The notes under the pieces were generated by a model that worked only from the letters and a program-made list of their open reading frames with translations, did not search any database and was not told the DNA's origin. Source: Octopus sinensis (lineage: Eukaryota). Taken from it: a stretch of 64,000 nt of DNA. Location: the NCBI RefSeq assembly GCF_006345805.1, contig NC_043016.1:28768001-28832000 (forward strand), written 5' to 3'. The translations under genes were made by a program, and so were the position numbers. The first letter of the stretch is position 1. The number at the start of each line of letters is the position of its first letter. Shown here one piece after another: positions 53,138 to 64,000 of this stretch.

Positions 53138-53647
53138 TTGGGTTGTCCGGAAAGTTCGTGCCGATTTATAGTAGCTTACCTTTCATTAAATAGTTCATAA
53201 AATAGGATTTGACTATACCTCCATTTAGAGTACAGTTTAAGCTATCTTTTTGCGGAAGAAGACTTATGTTCCTATAACCTGTGTTAATTCTGTAAGCCTT
53301 TAAAATGGAAGATAAGCAAGTTGATTTTCGGCACTTGATGCTTTGGGAACCAGACAAAAATTGCTGCAGCTCGGCTGGGATGTGTTACCCCACCCTCCAT
53401 ATTCACCAGATGTTGCTCCTTCGGATTTCCATGTATTTAAGTCTCTGCAGAATAGTCTTAATGGTAAAAATTTCAATTCCTTGATGAATTCTTTGCCATG
53501 AAACCCCCTCAATTCAGGGAAGAGGGTATTTTCAAGTTAAAGGAAAGATGGAGATGCATTGTGCAACAAACTGGTTCATATTTGGTTGATTAAAAATGTG
53601 ATGGCAAGTATTTATTGACCTTTTTCTTTCCTTTCCGGTCAACCCAA
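53138..53647 (+). mobile_element. Internally deleted mariner element
   Basis: TA-ttgggttgtccggaaag...ctttccggtcaacccaa-TA. MEDKQVDFRHLMLWE is fused to LGWDVLPHPPYSPDVAPSDFH. Confidence 0.92.
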
Positions 53648-54077
53648 TATGAGTAGGGAGGAATCAAGGCATCAATCAACATCGGTGTGGAATAATGCAA
53701 CAGACAGTTATGTCTCATCTGATGATTACAGTTTTTGTATTGGAATAATGTTCTCATTTTTCTATTAAAAAGATACATAGGAAACAGTTGTAATGAGCTG
53801 ACAATTATCCATTACGCATTATTATTCATTTGATTATAATACACCAAGAGGATTTACGACTTGTCAGACACTCTAGAATATACCAACAACATACTATTCA
53901 AAGTAAAACATGATTTGGACCAGCCCCTTAGAACTAAATACTCACAGGGCTGGTTTTCTCTGTGTATACACACACACACACACATGTCTAGAGTGAGAGA
54001 GAGAGAGAGACAGACAGGCAGACAGACCGACAGACAGATAGATAGTTAGATAAATAGTTAGATAGATAGATAAATAA

Positions 54078-54133
<56 letters not shown>

Positions 54134-54353
54134 AAAGACAGGTAGACTCATAACTAAATTGACATAGATACTCACCCAAAAATCATAACGCCTTGAAACT
54201 CAAGTCACTAGACAAACTGAAAATTTCAGTTTCATTAAAATAAATTATACACCACACACACACGTGTGTGTGTATATATATATAACAGCTAGGCACAATG
54301 TGATACCATAAAGGAAAAAATTCAATCATCACTGGGACTAAGGGTGCCGAAGC

Positions 54354-54633
54354 ACCTACATTGCTAGAAATAAGAGTTAAAATACTCTTACTGCTGTAAG
54401 AAAAGTGCAGATATTTATATATACGCTGATAGGGGAGGTAAACACCCCATGACTGTGTCGAGGATCAACCAGACAAGGCCTAGTTTTGTCTATACCATAG
54501 ACTTCATCAGTGGTGACTGCTCAAACGGCTCATGGTTGGCTAATTCTGTCTGCCAGCATATATGTATTTACTATAATCTGCACTCTTCTTGCAGCATTAA
54601 GAGTATTTTAACTCTTATTCTAGCAATGTAGGT
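54354..54633. repeat. ~58-bp inverted repeat flanking the hammerhead
   Basis: 54354-54412 versus 54576-54633: 3 mismatches and 1 indel. Confidence 0.85.
54465..54517 (-). ncRNA. Type I hammerhead ribozyme, one core substitution
   Basis: Minus strand: tcacca-CTGATGA-A-GTCTAT ggt ATAGAC-AAAAC-taggcctt-GTC-tggttga. Confidence 0.7.
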
Positions 54634-54759
54634 AGTTGGATATCCTTAGTCACAAATAGTGATGATATATATATATAAATATATATGTATATATATATCA
54701 TCATCATCACCATCGTTTAATGTCTAATCACCTAATCATTAGATCATCGTTTAATCATC

Positions 54760-56120
54760 TAATCATCCACCATCAATAATTAGCGGGCTAGTTAAGAATA
54801 TCTCAGCTTGAATATCTAGATTATCCACCAACGAAAATATATTCAAGAAACACGCACATTATTATAACACAGCCCTATCTAAGGCTGAATACCATGGGAA
54901 AATCCAATCCACCCCTTGTAGTAGTAGTAATAATAATAATAATAATAACTCTAATAACTCAATGAATAATTATAACAACCTTATGAATCATTATAACAAC
55001 CTTAACAAACACAATACTAACTACACACATAAAGTTAAAAACCTAGACAATAGAATCCCTAACCGTAAGAAAAACTAACTATACCTAGATACATAAGAAC
55101 CGACTATGAGTTAGAGAAAACTAGTAACAGACAACAAATTAAACACCTAACACCACAAAATCTCAATGCTACTCCAAATACCTGAACAAACAGACCTAAA
55201 AGAAAATATAAAAACCATGATGTCCCTTGGTATAACCCAATCAGGGGCTCAAACATCTCATCCAAGATTGCAAAACAATTTTTCGCTGCACTCGATTGCT
55301 GCTTCCCTAAAGGTTGCATGTACAGTAAAATATTCAAGTGTCACACTATAAAACTGTCCTATGCTAATTCCTCAAATATAGAGCACCACATCCATAGGAT
55401 TAGCAATCGTAAACTGAGACAATAAACAGACTACACTCAAAATAAACCTGTGAAAATTGGCCATAACTCATATAACCAACCTAGAGGCACTGCTAATACA
55501 AACTAATAATGCATCAAAGTGATAATAACTCAAACTACAATACCAACCAACTGAGAAAAAACAGCTACATTATCAACAATAACCAGCCAACAAATCACAC
55601 CACCAACAATTCAAACAACAGCACTAATACACCCAGAAATAGAGATAATAAAAGGATAACAGTAACCGCAAATATACTGAACAGAACCAATTCACCTAGT
55701 GCTCACAGCACGAAAAAAAAACCCCAAAAAAAACAACCAGTTATGCTCATGCAGAGACAAATCCAAATGTCCTTTGGACAATCAATATACGACCAAAAAT
55801 GTGATATATAAGTGCACTGTAAACACTAGAGGAAGCCCCTATGTATATATCAGAGCCTCAGCAGATATGTTCAAAAATGGTGTATAAATGGCATGTAACA
55901 TTACTGGCTGATTTTATCTGGAGGCTCAAGGAAGCGAAGGCAATATATGACCTGGTCTACAATCAGACATGCGAGTCCCTACAACACATTATCCTGGAAA
56001 TGCCACCTATGTTCTGAAGATTCACTCTCAATATTGTTAACAAAGGAGTGTATTATAAATAGATATATGGAACAATTACCTAGATGCCTACATGCAGTTA
56101 AACACACATTCACAAATTAC
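54760..56120 (+). mobile_element. Penelope-like element fragment (RT thumb, linker, GIY-YIG endonuclease)
   Basis: WYNPIRGSNISSKIAKQF..KIFKCHTIKLSY; CSCRDKSKCPLDNQ..NVIYKCTV..YVYI; CHLCSE. Frameshifted. Confidence 0.8.
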
Positions 56121-56319
56121 AGTCTTAACCATACTAACTCTGTGGTGACTCCTGATGGGTGTGGGGCTTTTCCTGTCTTCATACCCTTAATTGTTTTAGC
56201 TATCAAGGTACTGTCAATTTGGTCCATATTTGGTAGACTCTCTGCCACCTATTCATTCTCCACATTCCAGCAGTCTTCTCTAGGATCTCCTGCATTATCG
56301 CCACTGTCCAGCGTCGGGG

Positions 56320-56854
56320 GCTCGTCCTTCCATCGCCACTCTATCGTCCACCGCTGACCATCGAACGCGGCCTGAAAGTCTTTGTCCTCGATGGTGTAAG
56401 CGGCGCAGCCCCTCGCGGGGCTCTGCTCTCTCTGGCGATCCCGACTCGCAGTGCACAACGCCCCCACGCTTCCGAATGTGACCTCATTTCCCACAACACT
56501 GACGCCACCGAGGCAGTTGATGGCGTCCATCCCCATCACCACATCAACTCCATCTATCATGCGTTCGGCCACAATTGCCTGCAGCCTTAGCGTCGCGCCG
56601 CGCACCACTATCTCTACCTTGCTGCTGACTCTGCAACGGATTTCGCTGCCGTCGACCGCCCGGACACTACTCACCCCGTTCCATTCCTTCGTCACCCTCG
56701 AAGTCACCAGGGTGGTCGTACAGTCCGTATCCACAAGGGCCTTGAACGTCTCCCCCTCGGCCCCCACGTCAATCAATGGCAGCGTCTCCAAAAGCGCCTC
56801 TACTCGTTTGAGGGGAAAGTTCGAGAGGCAGCAACTTCCCCACGGTCGTTTCCC
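56320..56854 (-). pseudogene. Gypsy pol start: aspartic protease, truncated
   Basis: LPLIDV..FKALVDTDCTTTLV..VDVVMGMDAI..WRWKDEPPTL. It lies in the -1 frame relative to gag. Confidence 0.8.
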
Positions 56855-56892
56855 TGGTCGCAATCACGGGCAATGTGCCCTGTCTGCCTGCA

Positions 56893-57561
56893 TCAATAGC
56901 AAACGGGCCCCGACTGCGTACAGTCCCGCGCCATGTGCGGTCCCTGGCATCTAAAACACCGTCCTGAGAACGGCCGCTCTCGTTGCACGGTAAGCTTCTG
57001 TACCTCTTTCTCGGGACGTCGTCCGTCTGTACGCGCCTCCGTCACCGCCATCGCTATCGCCTTCCGCCCAGAGTGTCTCATCAACACGCGAGCCTGAGCT
57101 ACAAGTTCGCTCAACGGCATCTTTTTAACCCCGAGCAGTCGTAGGTGAATCCCTACATCGTCGGGGAACCCATTCACAAACGCCAGTCGGGCTGCTCTCT
57201 GCAGTCCTTCTCCCGCAAACCCGGCCAGAGTCGCTAGCCTTCTAACTTCTGATGCAAAGTCATCCACTTGGCCTCCCGTCCACCTGATTGCACCTAGCTT
57301 AGCAAAAGCTGTGTACTCACATTCCGTGTAGGCATCACGCAAGTGTCGCTCTATATTCTCCTCGCTGAGCCGTTCCTCTTCATCCATCTTTAGGTAGAGC
57401 ATTAACGCGCTCCCTTCTAAATACAGCGCCATAAGATTCGCCACGTCGCTTATGCCCTGCAGTCTTGCCACCAACCTGATTTTGCGAATCCAGGCCACTA
57501 CATCGCCTTCGCCATTAAAAGGTCTGACGACGGCACTGGCGATCCTAATTTTTGCAGACAT
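56893..57561 (-). CDS. Gypsy Gag (premature stop in the second zinc knuckle)
   Basis: RCFRCQGPHMARDC, then CY*CRQTGHIARDC in frame (consistent with CGA>TGA). Confidence 0.8.
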   Translation of the reverse strand: MSAKIRIASAVVRPFNGEGDVVAWIRKIRLVARLQGISDVANLMALYLEGSALMLYLKMDEEERLSEENIERHLRDAYTECEYTAFAKLGAIRWTGGQVDDFASEVRRLATLAGFAGEGLQRAARLAFVNGFPDDVGIHLRLLGVKKMPLSELVAQARVLMRHSGRKAIAMAVTEARTDGRRPEKEVQKLTVQRERPFSGRCFRCQGPHMARDCTQSGPVCY

Positions 57562-58845
57562 CGTGTTGAAAAAAATGTAAATGTTTAAGAACGGCCGAAA
57601 TAGCTTGTAGTGTGTGCGCGATTTGAATATAGAGGCACCTACCTTCTCTTCTTAGTGACGGAGACCCTCCAGTGGTGACTAGTCCTTCCACACAGCCCCG
57701 AACCGAACACTAACGATAGCAGCTGCTAGCCCAAACCCTTAGCGTCGTCCTCACACGTCTTGTCACCTCCACGACCCACGTTGGAAAGGGCGTAATTCCC
57801 CGCTCCCTGTGCACGCCTGATGGCTGACCCCTTCTGGTTGCCCCAGCTTTCGGTCAACGCACCCGGCTGCTGACGTTCAGCTGCTGACGTCATCCCACAA
57901 TCTCCAAGCCTCTTTCTTTGCAAAAGCATTAAATGCAAGTGCACCCTCATCCATGCTGATACATTTCTCTCTTATGACATCACAATTTTCTCTCACACGC
58001 TGTCTTGCAATCTGAAACAATTCAAGTCTTTGGTCTTCATGTTGCTGAACATAAGCAAACTTTTTTTCTGCTCCGCCTTTGGCTAGACATACCTGTCTCT
58101 TAGCTTCCCTTCTTGCTATCTGATACAGTTCCCCGCCACCCACAGTCTTCAAGGTCTTCTAGGCCTGTTTCTTTGCTCTAATGGACCACATCACCCTAGG
58201 TCTTGATGGGACTTTGTACCAGCTGCAGATATGGTCTATGACTCTCTGCAAGCTTTCCCACAAGAATTCCCAGTTGCCCTCTATGTCACAAGTCTGTAGC
58301 TCCTCCTACCTCTCATTAAATTTCTCGATTAGGATGTCCCTAAATCTCTGACCATATGGAGGGTCCTTAAGCTTCTAAATCTTTTTTTCCAGATTGGTCT
58401 GCTTCTTGGCATCCTTCTGACCTGAAGTGTAAAGTCACTAGTGACTAGTCTATGCTAGGCAGGGTACATTCTTCAGGGAGGGTCTTTGTATTTAGGAGAG
58501 ACCATGTAGCTTGCTGTCTGGTAAGAATGTGATCAATCTGGCTAACAAAGTCACCTGATAGGTAGGTTATCAGGTGGCTGGCCATCTTCCTGAAGTTGGT
58601 GTTGTAGATCATTAAGTTATTTGCATTACAGAGCTCCAGTAGCCTTATCCCCTCTTCCTTTTGGGAACCAATTCCATGCCCCCTCCCCATATACACCTTG
58701 GTAGATGCTGGGCTGCCGTCTGACATGCCCATTGAAATCACTAACCATGAAGATGAGATCATTGTCACTTGTCTTGAGGTAGCCTGCAGAATAATATCAT
58801 AAAAAAGTGGTCCTTTTGTTCATTTCGTAGGCCCACATTTCGTAG

Positions 58846-58849
<4 letters not shown>

Positions 58850-58893
<44 letters not shown>

Positions 58894-58899
58894 ATATAT

Positions 58900-58941
<42 letters not shown>

Positions 58942-58977
58942 ATATGTATGTATATATATATATATATATTATATATA

Positions 58978-59040
<63 letters not shown>
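58850..59040. repeat. (TA)n microsatellite
   Basis: Visible directly. Confidence 0.95.
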
Positions 59041-59109
59041 TACATATATGTATATGGATATGTGTATGTGTGTCTATACATAAGTATGTATATATAGATA
59101 ATTATAGTC

Positions 59110-59460
59110 ACTTTTATTCTTTTATTTGTTTCAGTCATTTGACTGTGGCCATGCTAGAGCACCACCTTTAGTTGAACAAATCGACTCCAGAACTTATAAT
59201 TGTAAGCCTAGTACTTATTCTATTTTTTTTTGCTGAACCGCTAAGTAAACGTAAACACACCAGCATCGGTTGTCAAGCGATGATGGGGGGGGGGACAAAC
59301 AGAGACACACAAACATACACACACCTATATATACATATATATATAGAAATAATTGAGATTCAATTGAATTAGGTACTTAAGTTGAACCACTAAGTCAGTG
59401 CAGTATTATCCATACAACTCAAAGTAAGGTGCTTATTTTGATTTTATATTTATATATATA

Positions 59461-59491
<31 letters not shown>

Positions 59492-59685
59492 CATACATAC
59501 ATACATACATATATATACATCCAATAGGCTTCTTTCAATTTCCAACTACCAAATCCACTCACAAGGCTTTGGTCTGCCTGAGGCTATAGTAGAAGACACT
59601 TGCCCATGGTGCCATGCATTGGGACTGAATCTGGAATCATGTGGTTGGTAAGCAAGTTATTTGCCACATAGCCACTCCTGTGCCT
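59110..59685 (-). mobile_element. SINE family A split by an insert in its microsatellite core
   Basis: 3' half at ~59110-59320, 5' half at ~59520-59685. Confidence 0.75.
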
Positions 59686-60644
59686 TGTTAGTTGATTATT
59701 TTATATTATTGGGGTGTGTATATTGTATGTATGAATATGTCTTTGAGTGTGTGTGTGTGTGTGTGTATGTGTCTTTACTTGTAGTAATCTATATATATAT
59801 ACGTGTGAAATTTTAGCTATAACGAGTGTGCACATATGTGTTCGGCTCTGTGTATGTATGTGTATGTATATATCAGCGCATGTGCATGTGTGTGTGTGTG
59901 TGTGCATGTGTATAGACATGAATTTCATGTATATCTATGGATATATGTATATTTGTGTGTGTATATATGTTTATAGATTTACTTATATATTCATGTGTGT
60001 ATATATCTATATATCTGTATATGTGTGTGAGAGAAAGTATGAATGTATGTACACATGCATGTACGTTTGCATGTATATTATATATGTATGCTTGTACATG
60101 TGTATGTAATTCAGGCATGTCTAACACGATGCACATCAACAAACTTTTAGTGGTATGGTGATAGATAACCCCTCCCACTTACCCTAGCTGCAGGGAGATG
60201 GGCATTTAGATGAAATGTCTATTTGCTTGCTGTTTCTTTCTCATAAGGTCAAATAACATGACCTACGTCTCCACATTGAGGTTGGCGACTGACCCTTCCT
60301 CACTCCATCAGTTTACATTTGTGATGTGGGATTGCTATTGCCAATCATTCCTCTGTTGACTCCACCCTTAAATATCCATGATGTTCCCCATCTTACATTC
60401 CCCATCAAAATCTCTTGCCCCTCCTATCCCTTCTAATGTTTCATTCCCTCTTTCTTTCTTTCCCAATTCCCCTTCTAGGTCACCTGGCTTATTGAGTAAT
60501 CCTGACCCATATACTCCCATCGCCTCCATTTCTAGTTTTTCAGTAGTCATTACCTCCCCTTTCTCATTCCCCTCTTGGTCTACATGCTTTAGGTTACTGA
60601 TTATTCTAGAGTTGGTGCCATGGGAAAATACACCCAGTACATTC

Positions 60645-60820
60645 TGTTAAGTGGTTGCAAACAGTAAAGGCATCTGGCTGTAAGAACCAAGCCAAATGGC
60701 ACATATGAGTACTAGTCTTCAGGAGTAATAGTTCTCAATAAGATATTATTTGGACTCTAATGCTCATCCAACCCATGCCAGCATGGATAATGGGTGTAAA
60801 ATGATGATGATGATGATGAT
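60645..60820 (+). mobile_element. Degenerate RTE 3' end
   Basis: ccaacccatgccagcatgga..(GAT)n. Confidence 0.65.
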
Positions 60821-61349
60821 ATGATGGTGGTGGTGGCGGCAGTTGTGGTGGTGGTGGTCATGGTGATGAAGATGATTACTGCATGATAATGACAGTGGTG
60901 GCAGTTGTCATCGTCATCATCATCATCATGGGTGTGGTGATTATGATGGTACTGGTTTGGTGGCTGCGGTGGCAGTGATGGTTGTGGTGGTGGTGGTGAT
61001 GTTGATGATGATAACGACAACGATGATGACAATGAAATATTAATTCATCTTAATTTTGCCATCTGAGTTCTTCATAGAGTCCATGATAGAGTTGGATTAT
61101 CCACAAGAAGAATACAGCATAGAATGAGTGGATACTGTAGAACAGGTAATAATAGACAAGTAATATTTGTTTATTGATTTAATTTAAATACATTTAGATC
61201 TCACCATGGTCAACCTTACCTTTTGTCTTTGTAGGTTCAGTCAAATAAAGCACCAGACTTGTGCCAGGATTAATTTAATTGGCATTTTCTACCTCAAAAT
61301 TTCTGGCAATGTGACTATCTGAGAAATAATTTAAATAAAATTAATGTTT

Positions 61350-61490
61350 GGCATTAGGAAGGGCATCCAGCTGTAGAGATTATGCCAAAACGGATATGAA
61401 ACCTAGGCAGCTCTTCAGCTTGTCAGTTCCTACTAAACCGTCCAACCCATGCCAGCATGGAAAAATGGACGTTAAATGATGATGAGGATG
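61350..61490 (+). mobile_element. RTE 3' end
   Basis: ggcattaggaagggcatccagctgtag..ggacgttaaatgatgatg. Confidence 0.8.
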
Positions 61491-62169
61491 TTTTAATGAG
61501 ATGGATGATTTTGGTTCTTTTTTATAAATGCCTCACTTCTTGACAGAGTTTCAGAATGACACACCTTCATATCATTCTCAATTGAAAGCTTTAGGAGAAA
61601 TTTGATTTTGAATGTAAACATTGCTGAAAACCCTTGTTCCTGATGATTAGAGGATGGAAACAATAAAAAGGATCCTCCCACCCTTACCACATTTTTTTAG
61701 ACACACAAATTGTGTTTGCTTGGTTGTGGTTGCTACAGATTTCCACTGCATACCACAGAGGTACTAGTATACTGGTACTAGTTGCAGTCTGACACTAATA
61801 GTGTGGAATATACTTCACTAAAGAAGTTTCACAAGACTGAAATATCCAATATTTTCACCAGTTAGCATTAAAGATTAAATCCACTCTCATACTGCAATAT
61901 CTACATTTTTAAAAAATTTGTATTAGAACTTTTGGAGTTACCTCCCCTGATTATTATTTTGGCTATATTGAACAGCTGTAGAGAAAAGTTCAATCTACTG
62001 ATTGCATGGATAATTGCAGTTGATTGAAGTTTTTCAAATCAATGTATCACACGTGTGAGTCCTTATCGAATTTGTATTTAATATTTAGAATGCTGTTCTA
62101 CAGTATTTTCCATTAGCCATATTGCATGTATGAAGGAGACGAAGATCATCTCCACACTGCTTGTAACTG

Positions 62170-62240
62170 GCGCTATTAACCGTAGCCAATCAGCAATCAG
62201 CCCGAGATTTATGACGTAATTGATGAACGAACGACTAGGA
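62170..62240 (+). promoter_or_regulatory. Candidate core promoter
   Basis: Non-repetitive, locally CpG-rich. CCAAT at 62186-62190 and a CRE-like TGACGTAA at 62212-62219. Confidence 0.45.
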
Positions 62241-62392
62241 AAGCATGGCGATTGCCTTACAGTTAGTGCAACTGGATCACCGTTACTGTACGACTGATTT
62301 TATGTCGCAGAAACAGTTTGGATTGCTAATTACAACTTTACAGTATCAGAAGTGGATCTCACAATAGTTTAATATCTCCAAAGCAAATAGTT

Positions 62393-62472
62393 ATGAGTTA
62401 CGGCAGGCGAAACATGCTGCCAAAGTCAACTAGCACCTTGTCTAATACATCTACAGGAGCTAGCACTGACAA
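62393..62472 (+). CDS. Candidate first coding exon of an unidentified gene (MSYGRRNMLPKSTSTLSNTSTGASTD, phase 2)
   Basis: In-frame upstream stop, ATG at 62393, consensus donor AA|GTAAGT at 62473. No homolog recognised. Confidence 0.45.
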
Positions 62473-63512
62473 GTAAGTTAAATATTCATACATACTTTTA
62501 TGTATATGTATATATATATATATCCTCATCTTTGTTTTATATACTTATAATATTTTTTTATACATTTGAGGATGCAATGGGACACAAGCTAAAATACTCC
62601 TTCTTTCACTCATTCTTCAAATGCATGCATGCTTGCATACATACATACATACACACGACACTCATACATACATACATACATACACATACACACGACACTC
62701 ATACATACACATACAGATACATAAATACTCAACACTGATTTGTGTGTTTAATTTTTGTGTGTTTAATTATTTATATTCATGTATCAGCGAACAGCATTTT
62801 AAGAAAGTGTTTCCAGGTTTTGCTGTAGCCTGTTGATTCTTTATAAGTTGTTTTCATTACTCTTGGCGTGCATTTGAAGTAAATTTGGTCTGCTATTTCT
62901 TATAGGACAAGCGACCTCGTTGCTTTAGTGCATTTGTTTTTGTTGATGCTCTTATAAAAAAGACCATTCGCATGAATGCATATGATAAATATTTTAAATT
63001 AAACAACACCCTCTCATAGAGTGTTACAGGTAATTTACGATAAATTTTTTAAAAATTAAAAGATGCATTTTAGAAAGTGGAATTTACGACCGACCGTTTC
63101 TTGTATTCAGTATACAAGTTGGTTAAATCAATTAACAAGTGAATGTCAAATGAAAATATTTACTCATCCGCACAACCACTTACCAACACCGTTTCAATTT
63201 ATTTATTTTTATTTTGTTCTTCATTGATTCCATTTACTCCTTGTCTTTGAAATATTTAAAGAAATTATAATAAACACAGCTTTTTTTTCTTCTTCTTTAT
63301 TCATTTTGTATTTTTATGACTTCAACTTTTGATAATTCTTTTTTTTTTTTTTAATCTGCAATCAACGGTAAATTACTATTATCCGCCCAGGAACTAACTA
63401 ATTCTACAGTTATATTCACAACAATCTAATGTTTATCCTTAAATATATTTTTGAATAGTAATTTAGCACATTATACATACATACATATATATGTGTATAT
63501 ATATATATATAT

Positions 63513-63545
<33 letters not shown>

Positions 63546-64000
63546 AACGAAGAGAGAGAGAGAGGTATTAAGCAAAGTAGTTAATAGAAATATTATGGAG
63601 ATGAGAGCAAGTCACCCGTGTTTCACATTTGAAAAAGAAAAAGAAATTAAAAAGCCGCAATACAAACTAAAAACTATTGTTAGTAATAGTGTAATTTAGT
63701 GTAAAACTGTGTAAAAATAATAATGCAATGATGGGGACATGTTTCGTTATTATTTTATAATATTATTAATATCAGATGGACTCCAAGTATTTGACTGGTA
63801 CTTTAATTGGCAACACTTTGATTTCAATAACCACTGTTTTTTTTTTTAATTATAAGGACTATTCCCTCCTTATGTATCTCTCTTTCTCTCTTCATATATA
63901 TATATTAAATCAATGACAATTACGAAAGATTGCTGATATATACATCCTTGTCATTGATTTAATTTGGATTGCTACTCTTCAGAAGCAAATCACAGCACTA

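Larger units (their letters stand above)
56291..57899 (-). mobile_element. Gypsy LTR retrotransposon 5' part (LTR, gag, protease)
   Basis: Putative LTR 57606-57899 (TGT..ACA); gag with CCHC knuckles; protease ALVDTD(G). No RT, integrase or 3' LTR. Confidence 0.85.
56130..58790 (-). mobile_element. RTE LINE fragment (APE endonuclease to early RT) split by a Gypsy insertion
   Basis: EGIRLLELC..NTNFRK..ITY.SG..SQIDHIL; KKEAWR at ~57910; NVENE..KGMKTGKAP resumes left of 56285. Confidence 0.85.

Overview
AT-rich, microsatellite-dense eukaryotic DNA. Its SINE and LINE complement looks like a coleoid cephalopod (Octopus-like; from recall, not a database search). Genes: the last three coding exons of HERC2 on + (1-13, 9286-9498, 10106-10372; HECT C-terminus with catalytic Cys) and a probable promoter plus first exon of an unidentified gene near 62.2-62.5 kb. 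The rest is layered mobile DNA: RTE LINEs with (GAT)n tails, L1/Tx1, CR1, R4/Dong-like and Penelope-like elements, a Gypsy LTR fragment nested in an RTE, a deleted mariner, MITEs and four tRNA-derived SINE families (local labels A-D). Most notable: a near-intact type I hammerhead ribozyme inside a ~58-bp inverted repeat beside a Penelope-like element; a second, decayed hammerhead with a ~100-nt helix II; a spacerless ~3.36-kb inverted duplication (real or an assembly artefact); arrayed compact H-type pseudoknot motifs in RTE 3' UTRs; and a Gypsy -1 frameshift signal. No prokaryotic-type systems (CRISPR, operons) are supported. Repeat boundaries are approximate (read by eye).
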